A stretch of 39,352 nucleotides of DNA from a virus (Duplodnaviria; Caudoviricetes): positions 1 to 39,352 of the IMG/VR virus record IMGVR_UViG_3300049049_000055. The stretch is one strand, 5' to 3'. Shown one piece after another: positions 18,486-26,478 of this stretch; the first letter of the stretch is position 1; each line of letters opens with the position of its first letter. Position numbers and translations under genes: made by a program. The notes below the pieces were generated by a model, which had not been told where the DNA came from, did not search any database, and was given only the letters and a program-made list of their open reading frames with translations.

Positions 18486-18556
18486 ACCCCGACGACGAAA
18501 CGTTCGACCCGTACACCGATCCTGCTGAAGCAAATATCTGCGCCGCCTGCGAGTAA
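18482..18556 (+). CDS. 24-aa acidic peptide ending CxxCE
   Basis: GTG start overlapping the holin stop; MNPDDETFDPYTDPAEANICAACE. Confidence 0.45.
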   Translation: MNPDDETFDPYTDPAEANICAACE

Positions 18557-18593
18557 CCTAGCCGCACCGGGAACCCGGTAGCGGCCCCACGCG

Positions 18594-18643
18594 AAGATGC
18601 CCCCGAACTCAAGCTCATGCTTGGGAACGGGGGCATCTTTTCT
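18594..18643. terminator. terminator between converging late and integration operons
   Basis: AAGATGCCCCCG...CGGGGGCATCTT 12-bp stem followed by TTCT. Confidence 0.7.
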
Positions 18644-18646
18644 GCG

Positions 18647-18814
18647 TTAAGCGACCTGCCTGTTCCGATGTTCCGCGTAATGCTCCGCCGAACAGAACCA
18701 CAACATCCCAGACGTGAGCACCGGATACTGACCGCCGCACACCGCGCACAACCGATCACGGGTGCCGTCATGCATTGCGTACCGCGCCCGGTCAGTACAC
18801 AACCTGCACATCAT
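18647..18814 (-). CDS. small Cys-rich protein (55 aa)
   Basis: MMCRLCTDRARYAMHDGTRDRLCAVCGGQYPVLTSGMLWFCSAEH...; GGAGG upstream; ends at the terminator. Confidence 0.45.
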   Translation of the reverse strand: MMCRLCTDRARYAMHDGTRDRLCAVCGGQYPVLTSGMLWFCSAEHYAEHRNRQVA

Positions 18815-18823
18815 TCCTCCAAG

Positions 18824-18896
18824 TGCCCCCGGCGCGGCTCGAACGCGCGACCCGATGATTAAAAGTCATCTGCTCTGCCAACTGAGCTACAGGGGC
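18824..18896 (-). tRNA. tRNA-Lys(UUU)
   Basis: GCCCCTG-TAGCTCAGTTGGCAGAGC-A-GATGA-CTTTTAA-TCATC-GGGTC-GCGCG-TTCGAGC-CGCGC-CGGGGGC-A: complete cloverleaf, no encoded CCA; abuts the integrase stop codon. Confidence 0.92.
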
Positions 18897-19856
18897 TCAA
18901 GCAGCAAGTCTGCCACGCCGCGCCGACTGCTTGCGCGCGTCAATCACCGGCATCACCGACACCGCCTGCTGCATGTCATCCTCGTCCACCTGCGTGTACA
19001 ACTGCGTCGTGGCGAGCGATGCGTGGCCGAGGTGTTCTTGGATGACGCGGATCGGTACGCCCTGTTTGAGCATCCACGTGGCACAGAAGTGACGCAGTGA
19101 GTGGCCGGTGATGTTCCTGTCCGTGACCCCTGCCTTGCGGAGAGCTCGACTGATGGAGTCGGAGGCGGACTGCATGAGAATGTGTCCCCCGCCGTTCGGG
19201 AACAGCTTCGACGGGTACGGGGAGGGGAACAGCCACCCTTGACGGGGGTAGCGGGCGAGCACGGGCAGCAGCGTCGGGGGGACGGCGATACGGTGCTCAA
19301 GGCCACCCTTACGTCGGGATTGCACGACCATGCCTTCCAGGTCGATGTCCTCCCCACGCAGCCGAACGATCTCACCCACTCGGAGTCCGGTGAGCGCCGC
19401 AATGATGATGATGTCGCGTGTGCGCGTGTATGCGCCGGAGTCGAGCATCTTCTCGATCTGGTCCATGCGCAACGGTCGGGGTGCGCGGCGCACCATCTTG
19501 ATCTTGTGCAGCCGGTCGGCGGGTGACGCGTGGAGGTAGCCTTCGTCGCGCAACCATCCGTAGAACGTTTGCAGGTACGACCGTTCGGACTGCAACGTGC
19601 CTTGTGCGAGGCGCGCACCGGTTCTGGGGTGAGGCCTACCAAGGTGTGCTTGCAGGTCTTGGAGGGTGATCTCTTGGGGGCGTTTGCCGGAGCGGTTTGC
19701 TAGGTGCCGGTAGCACGCTTCACGGTTCGCGATGGTCTTCTCTGCCAGGTTCGCGGCACGCTGGTAGTTGTTGAACTCTGCAATGGCGGCATCCCAGCTC
19801 AAGCCTTCGGAGGCGAGGTAGAGGGCCATTGGTGCGTTCAACTTTCTCCCCTTCAC
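18897..19856 (-). CDS. int: tyrosine integrase
   Basis: TGLRVGE (R), RKG (K), HSLRH, LGHASLATTQLY catalytic motifs; 319 aa; C-terminus ...RLAA. Confidence 0.93.
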   Translation of the reverse strand: MKGRKLNAPMALYLASEGLSWDAAIAEFNNYQRAANLAEKTIANREACYRHLANRSGKRPQEITLQDLQAHLGRPHPRTGARLAQGTLQSERSYLQTFYGWLRDEGYLHASPADRLHKIKMVRRAPRPLRMDQIEKMLDSGAYTRTRDIIIIAALTGLRVGEIVRLRGEDIDLEGMVVQSRRKGGLEHRIAVPPTLLPVLARYPRQGWLFPSPYPSKLFPNGGGHILMQSASDSISRALRKAGVTDRNITGHSLRHFCATWMLKQGVPIRVIQEHLGHASLATTQLYTQVDEDDMQQAVSVMPVIDARKQSARRGRLAA

Positions 19857-19985
19857 TCACACTGGCCCCACTTCGGGGGTGTGCTCATTTTGGGGTGAGG
19901 GGGTCTCGACTCGCTAGGGAAACAAACCTCTTGATATGTAGACAGGTCTGTGCACTGGGCGGGGTGTGTTCGTAAAGCGAAGGTG

Positions 19986-20339
19986 TCAAATAGCTGAACT
20001 GTGCGCGTCGCGGAGGGTGCGGAACGCGTCAAGAGAGACAATGCGGGCCGGAACAGCCGACCCATAATCCAAAGCGCGCTCATCCAAGCCGCCCTCGCGC
20101 TCCTCAAGCAGCGAGCCCGGCTTTACGCCGAAGTACTTCGCGACCTCGAAGATTTCGCTTGCCTTGAACTCTGTCGAGCCCGAGGCGCGGCGGCTGATGT
20201 ACATCTCGCTCACGCCGAGGGCGTTGGCGAGCTGCGCCTGTGTGCGCCCGTGGTATCCGAGGAGGCCACGCACGTTTGAGGCGACGATCTCGGCACCGTG
20301 GTTGCGGCGCGGGGTGGGAAGGTTTGCGACGTTCGACAT
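19986..20339 (-). CDS. immunity repressor (XRE HTH)
   Basis: TQAQLANALGVSEMYISRRASG HTH; upstream of int, divergent from cro. Confidence 0.85.
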   Translation of the reverse strand: MSNVANLPTPRRNHGAEIVASNVRGLLGYHGRTQAQLANALGVSEMYISRRASGSTEFKASEIFEVAKYFGVKPGSLLEEREGGLDERALDYGSAVPARIVSLDAFRTLRDAHSSAI

Positions 20340-20345
20340 GGTTTC

Positions 20346-20375
20346 ACCATATACCCCATTGCGTTACCGAGTCAA
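20346..20375 (-). promoter_or_regulatory. leaderless SigA-type promoter of the repressor
   Basis: Minus strand TTGACT-N18-TATGGT-N6-ATG; GCGTTACCG repeated at 20361-20369 and 20403-20411 (possible operators). Confidence 0.7.
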
Positions 20376-20436
20376 CGTATCTGCGGGTCGTATCCGCACC
20401 CAGCGTTACCGCGACACGCCGCGAATCGCTACGGTC

Positions 20437-20466
20437 TTCCGCATCTCTAACTCCTAGGAGTAGCGT
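20437..20466 (+). promoter_or_regulatory. early rightward (cro) promoter, leaderless
   Basis: TTCCGC-N18-TAGCGT-N7-ATG; palindrome ACTCCTAGGAGT (20450-20461) mostly in the spacer; CGACACGCCG upstream. Confidence 0.5.
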
Positions 20467-20473
20467 CTAACGC

Positions 20474-20695
20474 ATGGAGATAGCGACCAACGCAGATGTT
20501 GCCGGACTCGTGCGAGCAATCGCCGCCCGCAACCGCACCACTCAGCAGCAGCTCGCATCAGTGCTGAACCTATCCGAGATGGCGATCAGTCGCCGCATCA
20601 ACGGCAACACCCCGTTCAGCCCCGAAGAACTCATCCGCCTCTCGCGCCACTTCAACGTGCAGGCCGCGTACTTCTTCGGGGAGGTGGCGGCATGA
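20474..20695 (+). CDS. Cro-like HTH regulator
   Basis: TQQQLASVLNLSEMAISRRING HTH, similar to the repressor recognition helix; divergent from it. Confidence 0.85.
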   Translation: MEIATNADVAGLVRAIAARNRTTQQQLASVLNLSEMAISRRINGNTPFSPEELIRLSRHFNVQAAYFFGEVAA

Positions 20696-20862
20696 CTGCC
20701 GTGAAGCGTGCGGCTCAGTACGTGTTGGGTGTCGCGTGGCTGATCATCCTCGCGGGTGTCGCCCTGGCTGGCTTCGCTGTTCTCGTGTCTCTGCCCGTCG
20801 CCCTGATTGTCGGGTTTTGGGTTCTCGGGAATGCGGCTCTCACGTATGCGGGGGTCATCTGA
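20692..20862 (+). CDS. small membrane protein (56 aa)
   Basis: ATGA overlap with cro; long hydrophobic run. Confidence 0.55.
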   Translation: MTAVKRAAQYVLGVAWLIILAGVALAGFAVLVSLPVALIVGFWVLGNAALTYAGVI

Positions 20863-21002
20863 TGGATGCGTTCACTCTTCGTGAGCGTGCGTGGGAGCAC
20901 GTCGGTTTGGGGAACTTCGAGACGGCGGATCTTCTGATGCGTCGCGCGTTCGAGCTCGACAATGCGCCTGCTGTCACTGCTAGCACGGAGGTCGTGCTGT
21001 GA
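20862..21002 (+). CDS. hypothetical protein
   Basis: TGATG coupling; MDAFTLRERAWEH... Confidence 0.5.
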   Translation: MDAFTLRERAWEHVGLGNFETADLLMRRAFELDNAPAVTASTEVVL

Positions 21003-21118
21003 CCGCCCTGCTGGTGTTTGCGGCCCTCTGCATTCTTCTGGCCTTCTCTACGGCGCTGATCCGTTCTCTCGGGTATGTGCAGCCGCCGAAACCGCAGTAC
21101 AAGCGCACCTCCCAGTAA
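20999..21118 (+). CDS. small membrane protein (39 aa)
   Basis: GTGA overlap, GGAGG RBS, one TM helix then basic tail. Confidence 0.5.
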   Translation: MTALLVFAALCILLAFSTALIRSLGYVQPPKPQYKRTSQ

Positions 21119-21119
21119 C

Positions 21120-21455
21120 AAGCCCTCCCCGCTCTCATCGGCGGGTGGGCACTTGCAACATCACATAGCTGTTCGGACGACGCCAAACGCCAATGCGCCG
21201 AACAGTGACGAAGTAAAGGGCAGTACGGAGAACCGGCCTGGGGGTCGGTGGGGCCTGCCGATATTGAAGTACCCGGTTCTACGGGGGCCACGTTTACGTC
21301 ATTCCTTTGGGAGGCGTGGCTGCTACACGGTCGGACGAAGGCGTAGGCGCGCTGATTCGGCTAGGTAACACCGGGAGCGTCGCCCTTGGTGGGGTTTGTT
21401 CTCGTTCGATTCGAGACGGCGCACGAACGGAACTTGGCCCGAACCGGTTCCGCTC
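21120..21455 (+). ncRNA. putative structured ncRNA with a tRNA-like T-arm
   Basis: Gap in the coupled gene array filled by hairpins; TCTCG-TTCGATT-CGAGA at 21400-21416. Confidence 0.45.
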
Positions 21456-21488
21456 CTCTTTATCCGCAACGACGGAAGGAACGACGCA

Positions 21489-21743
21489 ATGGTTCACGAC
21501 AACGGAGCACCGATCACCATCTGGCCCCCGAGCACGATCCGGCAGACGGCACGCGAGCGGCTGATCGAGGCCGTGCGTATCGGCGGGATGGATTGGCACC
21601 GGGCACACAACCCGGAATGGCGGGACAAGCCGTGGATGGACGGCATCATGGTCGATCTCGATGAGGACGACGTGCTTGCGGCGATCGTGGATCGGATCAT
21701 CGCCATCGCCGACCCGGAGAGCGTGCGTGATGTTCACGTTTGA
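21489..21743 (+). CDS. hypothetical protein
   Basis: GGAAGGA RBS then ATG 21489; overlaps next gene. Confidence 0.55.
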   Translation: MVHDNGAPITIWPPSTIRQTARERLIEAVRIGGMDWHRAHNPEWRDKPWMDGIMVDLDEDDVLAAIVDRIIAIADPESVRDVHV

Positions 21744-22026
21744 GGCACGGAATCGTTCGCGCAGATCCGACCCTGCGACATCGCACGTGGCCGACGTGAA
21801 GGTGTCGGGTGCTGAGTCGCAGCGGGCCGTCTACGCAGCACTCGCAGCAGTCGACTTCGGGTTGGCCGACTTCGAGCTCGAACAGCGTTTGGCGGGCAGG
21901 TTTTCGCCGGAACGGATTCGGACTGCACGGCACGAGTTGACCGAGGCGGGGCGTGTGGAGTTTACGGGTGTGTATCGGATGACTCGTTCACGGCGGCGGG
22001 CTCGCGTGTGGAGCGCGGTTCCTTGA
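21730..22026 (+). CDS. putative winged-HTH DNA-binding protein
   Basis: RRSDPATSH, D.EL, RTARHELTEAGRV, RVW motif set common in actinophages. Confidence 0.6.
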   Translation: MFTFEARNRSRRSDPATSHVADVKVSGAESQRAVYAALAAVDFGLADFELEQRLAGRFSPERIRTARHELTEAGRVEFTGVYRMTRSRRRARVWSAVP

Positions 22027-22931
22027 GCAACCACTCGATCAAAGGGCTTCGGGAGGAGTTCCGCGCGGTCGGCAAGTTTCACACCCCGCCCGAACTGGCC
22101 CTGTTCCTGCGGTCACTGATCCCCGGCGACCCCGAACGGGTATACGACCCGACGTGCGGTGCCGGTTCTCTGCTGGCGGCGTTTCCCGATGAAGTGCCGA
22201 AGTACGGGCAAGACATAGACGCCGCAGCAGTGGAGGACGCCCGTCTTGCGCTCGAGAACTTCCACGGTCACGTGGGAGACGTACTCACAGACCCCGCGTG
22301 GATGGACGAACGCTTCGACGCGATCGTTGCCAACCCCCCGTTTAGCGTCCGGTGGGAGCCAACCGTAGACGAACGGTTCATGTCTGCGCCGACTGTCCCC
22401 ACCGGCTCACGGGCCGACTTCGCGTTCCTGCTGCACATCCTCCACATGCTCGCCCCCAGAGGGATCGCCGCAGTGCTCAGCTTTCCCGGCATCCTCTATC
22501 GGGGCGGTCGAGAGAAGATGCTCCGCGAATGGTTGGTGGAACAGAACTACATCGACCAAGTGATCTCGATTCCCGGTAGCACGTTCACTGACACCGCAAT
22601 CTCAACGGCCTGCGTTGTGCTCAAGCGGGGCCGCACAACCGATTCGATCCGCTTCATTGATAGAGAGAACGCGATCGAGCGAGACGTAGAGCTTGCGGAG
22701 ATTCGGCAGGCCGATTACACGCTGTCGGTCAGCTCATTCGTTCAGCCGCCGCCCATTGAGCGCGAGCCCTTCGATGCCTGGGCTGTTGAGCAGCAAGCAC
22801 GCGCCGACCTTATCCGGCAACTCCGCAACGGCTTGAACTTCAGTCGTCAGGTGAGCGAGTTCGAGGGGTTCCCACTAGACGGGCTGATTGATGACGCCCA
22901 GACAGTACTTGACGAGTTCCGGGCGGCTTGA
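22023..22931 (+). CDS. N6-adenine DNA methyltransferase (HsdM-like, orphan)
   Basis: GKFHTPPEL, YDPTCGAGSLL (motif I), YGQDID, IVANPPF (motif IV), PGILYRGGRE, FTDTAIST. Confidence 0.88.
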   Translation: MSNHSIKGLREEFRAVGKFHTPPELALFLRSLIPGDPERVYDPTCGAGSLLAAFPDEVPKYGQDIDAAAVEDARLALENFHGHVGDVLTDPAWMDERFDAIVANPPFSVRWEPTVDERFMSAPTVPTGSRADFAFLLHILHMLAPRGIAAVLSFPGILYRGGREKMLREWLVEQNYIDQVISIPGSTFTDTAISTACVVLKRGRTTDSIRFIDRENAIERDVELAEIRQADYTLSVSSFVQPPPIEREPFDAWAVEQQARADLIRQLRNGLNFSRQVSEFEGFPLDGLIDDAQTVLDEFRAA

Positions 22932-23087
22932 TGCCAACCATGACCGGCCGCTACTGCGTGCGCATTGGGCGGTTCGTTCCCGGAATGGTTCCGAAGTTTC
23001 GCGCCGCGTCCTACCCGGACGCTCCGCTCCATATCGATCCGCTGAGCGCAGAACTTGACGAGCTCATGCGGCAGGAAGGAAACGATC

Positions 23088-23252
23088 ATGCGTAAGCCGG
23101 TTATGCCGTTGTTGCAGGGTTCGGATGATTTGACGCGGCATGTGGTTCCGCCGTTCAAGTTTCAGATCCGCGAAAACACGGAAGCGGAAGTTGCTGCGGT
23201 GCGGCGGTTGTGCCCGGATGACGTACTCCACATTCTCGGGATGACGCAGTGA
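23088..23252 (+). CDS. hypothetical protein
   Basis: GGAAGGA RBS; overlaps next gene. Confidence 0.45.
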   Translation: MRKPVMPLLQGSDDLTRHVVPPFKFQIRENTEAEVAAVRRLCPDDVLHILGMTQ

Positions 23253-23524
23253 GAACGCATCGTGCTTTGCGGGCGCTCACCGAAACGGTGAAGACGTATC
23301 AGCCGCGCCATTGGACGTTCGACTCGTCCAAGGTCGCCTACTTCAACGCTGATACGCATAGGGAGTTCCACGAGTTGTCGGAAGCGTTCGACGCGCTCAC
23401 TGGTGGCCGGCCGATGCGGGATGACACGAAGCATCAGTGCGTCAGTCAGTGGGAGTGGCATGACTGGCGGATCAGTCTGGCCGTGTTTGTGGATGCGCCA
23501 ACCGGAGACGAGGCAACCGCATGA
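23249..23524 (+). CDS. hypothetical protein
   Basis: 4-nt overlaps with neighbours on both sides. Confidence 0.55.
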   Translation: MRTHRALRALTETVKTYQPRHWTFDSSKVAYFNADTHREFHELSEAFDALTGGRPMRDDTKHQCVSQWEWHDWRISLAVFVDAPTGDEATA

Positions 23525-23673
23525 GCTGGAACGCGAACACCTCAGATTCGGCCCGTGAGTGGCGCAAGCAACTGCATGCCGAGCTCACCGATCACGACTT
23601 CATTCAAGACCCCGACGACATACCAGGCGGCTGCCTTGTCTGCTGGGCGAGGCTCGGAGAGGAGCGGCCATGA
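23521..23673 (+). CDS. hypothetical protein
   Basis: ATGA overlaps on both sides; MSWNANTSDSAREW...CLVC. Confidence 0.5.
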   Translation: MSWNANTSDSAREWRKQLHAELTDHDFIQDPDDIPGGCLVCWARLGEERP

Positions 23674-23825
23674 ACCCCGAACAGCTATGGCAGGACTACG
23701 TCGCGCACACCGGGTTCTCGGTCAGCGCGGGCCTCGCACCCATCTTCAAGAAGATGTTCCTCGATGGCGTGGAGTGGCGGCGGCAGTTCCCCGAATCTGC
23801 CGTTCCCGGGCCGTCCGATGTCTAG
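23670..23825 (+). CDS. hypothetical protein
   Basis: GAGGAG RBS; MNPEQLWQDY... Confidence 0.5.
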   Translation: MNPEQLWQDYVAHTGFSVSAGLAPIFKKMFLDGVEWRRQFPESAVPGPSDV

Positions 23826-23985
23826 CGGTCAGATGATCCGGTGGCGCGACGACTACTACGCCCACACATGCGGATGGCAAGGAATGGCCGAGTTCGCGTT
23901 CGACCCCGAACACTCAACCTCCACAGAAACCGTCCAGTGTGTCGGCTGTCACGAGGTTGTCGAGATCCCCGTAACGGAGTGGTGA
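23818..23985 (+). CDS. small Zn-ribbon-like protein
   Basis: HTCG...CVGCH; overlaps upstream stop. Confidence 0.5.
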   Translation: MSSGQMIRWRDDYYAHTCGWQGMAEFAFDPEHSTSTETVQCVGCHEVVEIPVTEW

Positions 23986-23986
23986 C

Positions 23987-24439
23987 ATGACTGACTACAA
24001 GCCCGGCGACCGGGTGACCCTATTGCATGACGACGGCTCGCGGCTAGAGGACCGCGAGGTGGATTCCGTCTACTCGGTACTCGTTGGCAAGCGCCGCGAA
24101 TACGTGAACGATCTGACGGCAACCGGTTGGCGGATCGCGTCAATCTGTCGGGCGGTGGAGCCACTACCCACCGGCCCCGGCGCATATGCTGACGCCAACG
24201 GCACCCACTGGGTATTCGACGGCGAAGACTGGTGGGTTGGTTATACCGAGCATCACGGACTGGACAGCGGCCCATCTGGGCCACTTGTCCCCCTTGTGCC
24301 CGAGCCCTTCGCGCGTGAAAAGGCTATCCGCGACGTGCTGAAGTACATCGATGACTTCGGGTGGAAGCCCGGCCAGGTGCGCATCTTCGAGTACGGTCAC
24401 GCCGCACGAATCCTTGAGCATTTCGGGTACGCGCCGTGA
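23987..24439 (+). CDS. hypothetical protein
   Basis: 150-aa ORF with RBS; EPLPTGPGAY motif. Confidence 0.6.
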   Translation: MTDYKPGDRVTLLHDDGSRLEDREVDSVYSVLVGKRREYVNDLTATGWRIASICRAVEPLPTGPGAYADANGTHWVFDGEDWWVGYTEHHGLDSGPSGPLVPLVPEPFAREKAIRDVLKYIDDFGWKPGQVRIFEYGHAARILEHFGYAP

Positions 24440-24873
24440 TGCCGTATCCGCACATGCCAATGGAAGGTGTCGCGTTCGCGGTCAGAGGGACGCCCGCACC
24501 GCAAGGCAGTAAGCGTCATGTGGGTGGCGGTCGCATGGTCGAATCGTCCGCGAAAGTGAAGCCGTGGCGGGCAGACGTTCGCGCCGCAGCAGAAGACGCC
24601 ATGAACGGACACCTGCCCTTCGAGGGGCCACTAGAGCTCGTCGTGACGTTCACCCTCCCGAAGCCGAAAACGGTCAAGCGTGACCTGCCCTCGGTGCGGC
24701 CCGACATTGACAAGCTGACCCGCTCCACCTGCGACGCGCTCACATCGGCGGGCGTGTACATGGACGACTCACAAGTGGTCGCCCTCACTGCCCGCAAGGT
24801 GTACGGCATCGTCCCCGGCGCGTCGATCATCGTCCGCACCTACCACCCAACAGCAAAGGAAGTGGCCGCATGA
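24436..24873 (+). CDS. rusA: RusA-like Holliday junction resolvase
   Basis: GTPAPQGSKR, PDIDKLTRSTCDALT..GVYMDDSQVV. Confidence 0.9.
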   Translation: MMPYPHMPMEGVAFAVRGTPAPQGSKRHVGGGRMVESSAKVKPWRADVRAAAEDAMNGHLPFEGPLELVVTFTLPKPKTVKRDLPSVRPDIDKLTRSTCDALTSAGVYMDDSQVVALTARKVYGIVPGASIIVRTYHPTAKEVAA

Positions 24874-25430
24874 GCCGGACGTGTAGATGCGGCTGTGGCG
24901 CGGAAGTGCAGACCGACTACAAGAAGGGCCACAACCGACGCCGCCCCGCTGAGGAAAGGTTCTGGGAGAAGGTCGAAGTGGCCGACTGCTGGATCTGGAT
25001 GGGTGCGAAAACCAAAGGCTACGGCGCGTTCAACGATGGGTCGAGAATCGTTCGCGCCCACAGGTGGTCATACGAAGCCCTGGTGGGAGAACTGGACCCG
25101 AGTCTGCACATCGACCATCTGTGCCGGAACCCTTCGCGCGTCAACCCGGATCACCTAGAGGCAGTCTCCCCGCGCGAGAACACGATGCGCGGTTACGGGC
25201 AGGCGACTAGAGGAATGCGCGGCGTCGCTAAGGGCAAGAACCCGGACGCCTACTCCTACAGCGCCGAGTACCGCCGGCAGAAGCATGCCGAATACCAGGC
25301 CGACCCTGTCCGTCGTGCGCGCAAGGCAGAGCTGCAACGGCTCCGCCGAGCTCGCGCGCTGCTTCTCGAGGGTGGCCCCGACGACCGACCCGTAATCGTC
25401 CTCGACACACACACGAGGGGTGCCGCATGA
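24870..25430 (+). CDS. HNH endonuclease
   Basis: CRCGCG, RFWEKV..DCWIWMG, AHRWSYE, IDHLCRNPSRVNPDHLEAV.PREN. Confidence 0.9.
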   Translation: MSRTCRCGCGAEVQTDYKKGHNRRRPAEERFWEKVEVADCWIWMGAKTKGYGAFNDGSRIVRAHRWSYEALVGELDPSLHIDHLCRNPSRVNPDHLEAVSPRENTMRGYGQATRGMRGVAKGKNPDAYSYSAEYRRQKHAEYQADPVRRARKAELQRLRRARALLLEGGPDDRPVIVLDTHTRGAA

Positions 25431-25542
25431 GGGATTACTTCGCCTACTACTGGGCCGTCCTCTGCGACCTGTTCCACCCCGAACGGATACCGCTAGAAGA
25501 CCTCATCGAAGAAACACCGATTTCAGAGACAGGAGCAGGCTC

Positions 25543-25767
25543 ATGACGATCGACAGGACGCGCGAGGGCTGGCAAGCGGAGGGCGCGAGCACTCAGCGCC
25601 GGTGGCACTACATCCGGGGCACGGAGTCCATCTGCGGCAAGTTCGGCTTCTACTTCGGCGGCATCGTCGACGGCGGGCTCAAGGCCGGTGGCCCCGACGA
25701 CTGCGCCGAGTGCAAGCGCCGCGTGCAGCGCGAGCTCGACCGCACATCGGACGGTTCCGGGTCATGA
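25543..25767 (+). CDS. small Cys/His protein, cassette 1
   Basis: WHY...SICG...CAEC; ends RTSDGSGS in the junction repeat. Confidence 0.6.
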   Translation: MTIDRTREGWQAEGASTQRRWHYIRGTESICGKFGFYFGGIVDGGLKAGGPDDCAECKRRVQRELDRTSDGSGS

Positions 25768-26135
25768 GCCACACGATCACGATCACGCGCGTGGCCGGCG
25801 ACCAGTGGGACGACGCCGACTACACGATCGCCGGCGACTGCGACTGGCGCTGCGAGGTCTGGACGCCGTGCGAGAAGGCGTGGCACCGTCACCCGAAGAA
25901 CGAGTACGGAGAGCTGATCGAGTGGAGCACGAAGAGTGTGCCCATCGAGCACCAGTTCATCGACAACGAGTGGATGGTCCCTAGCGGCCGCTGCGCGCTC
26001 CGAGTGGCGGGCACGCTCAACGAGGCGGCTGATGATGTGTCAGAGCCTGGCACCTACGACGTCGAGGTCCATTGGGACGACTGCTGGTGGTTCACCCTCA
26101 GCCCCGTGCGCACTTCGGACGGTTCCGGGTCATGA
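25764..26135 (+). CDS. hypothetical protein, cassette 2
   Basis: ATGA overlaps; ends RTSDGSGS. Confidence 0.6.
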   Translation: MSHTITITRVAGDQWDDADYTIAGDCDWRCEVWTPCEKAWHRHPKNEYGELIEWSTKSVPIEHQFIDNEWMVPSGRCALRVAGTLNEAADDVSEPGTYDVEVHWDDCWWFTLSPVRTSDGSGS

Positions 26136-26314
26136 CAGCGCCGATTGTGTACTCCGACACCCGGCGGCCATACGACCCGCGCCACCTGGACGACCGCGCG
26201 CCCTACTTGTCTGACGCCGACCGCAGGACGCGCCGGGCTTGGCCGAGGGTTCAGGGGCAGCTCTGGTATCGCGTGCGCACGTCACCGATTTCCAGCACAG
26301 AGGAGAGCATCTGA
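26132..26314 (+). CDS. hypothetical protein, cassette 3
   Basis: ATGA overlap; ends RTSPISSTEESI. Confidence 0.55.
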   Translation: MTAPIVYSDTRRPYDPRHLDDRAPYLSDADRRTRRAWPRVQGQLWYRVRTSPISSTEESI

Positions 26315-26478
26315 TGGACGACGATCCGCTGATGTTCCACATCCCCGTGGCTGGGGACGACGTCGAGCTGCACGCCATCCAGCTTCTCGCCTACGCCGCC
26401 GAGCTCGTCGAGCCGGAAGCGCGGCCGCGCATCCTGCGGTGGGCGCTCGACCGCTATTCGGACGGTTCCGAGGCATGA
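26314..26478 (+). CDS. hypothetical protein, cassette 4
   Basis: GAGGAG RBS, TGATG coupling; ends RYSDGSEA. Confidence 0.55.
   Translation: MDDDPLMFHIPVAGDDVELHAIQLLAYAAELVEPEARPRILRWALDRYSDGSEA

Noticed and set aside
18661-18687. TGTTCCG/TGCTCCG repeats as integrase arm-type sites
   Set aside because: They fall within a plausible minus-strand ORF (repeated AEH codons) and this Int appears to lack an arm-binding domain.
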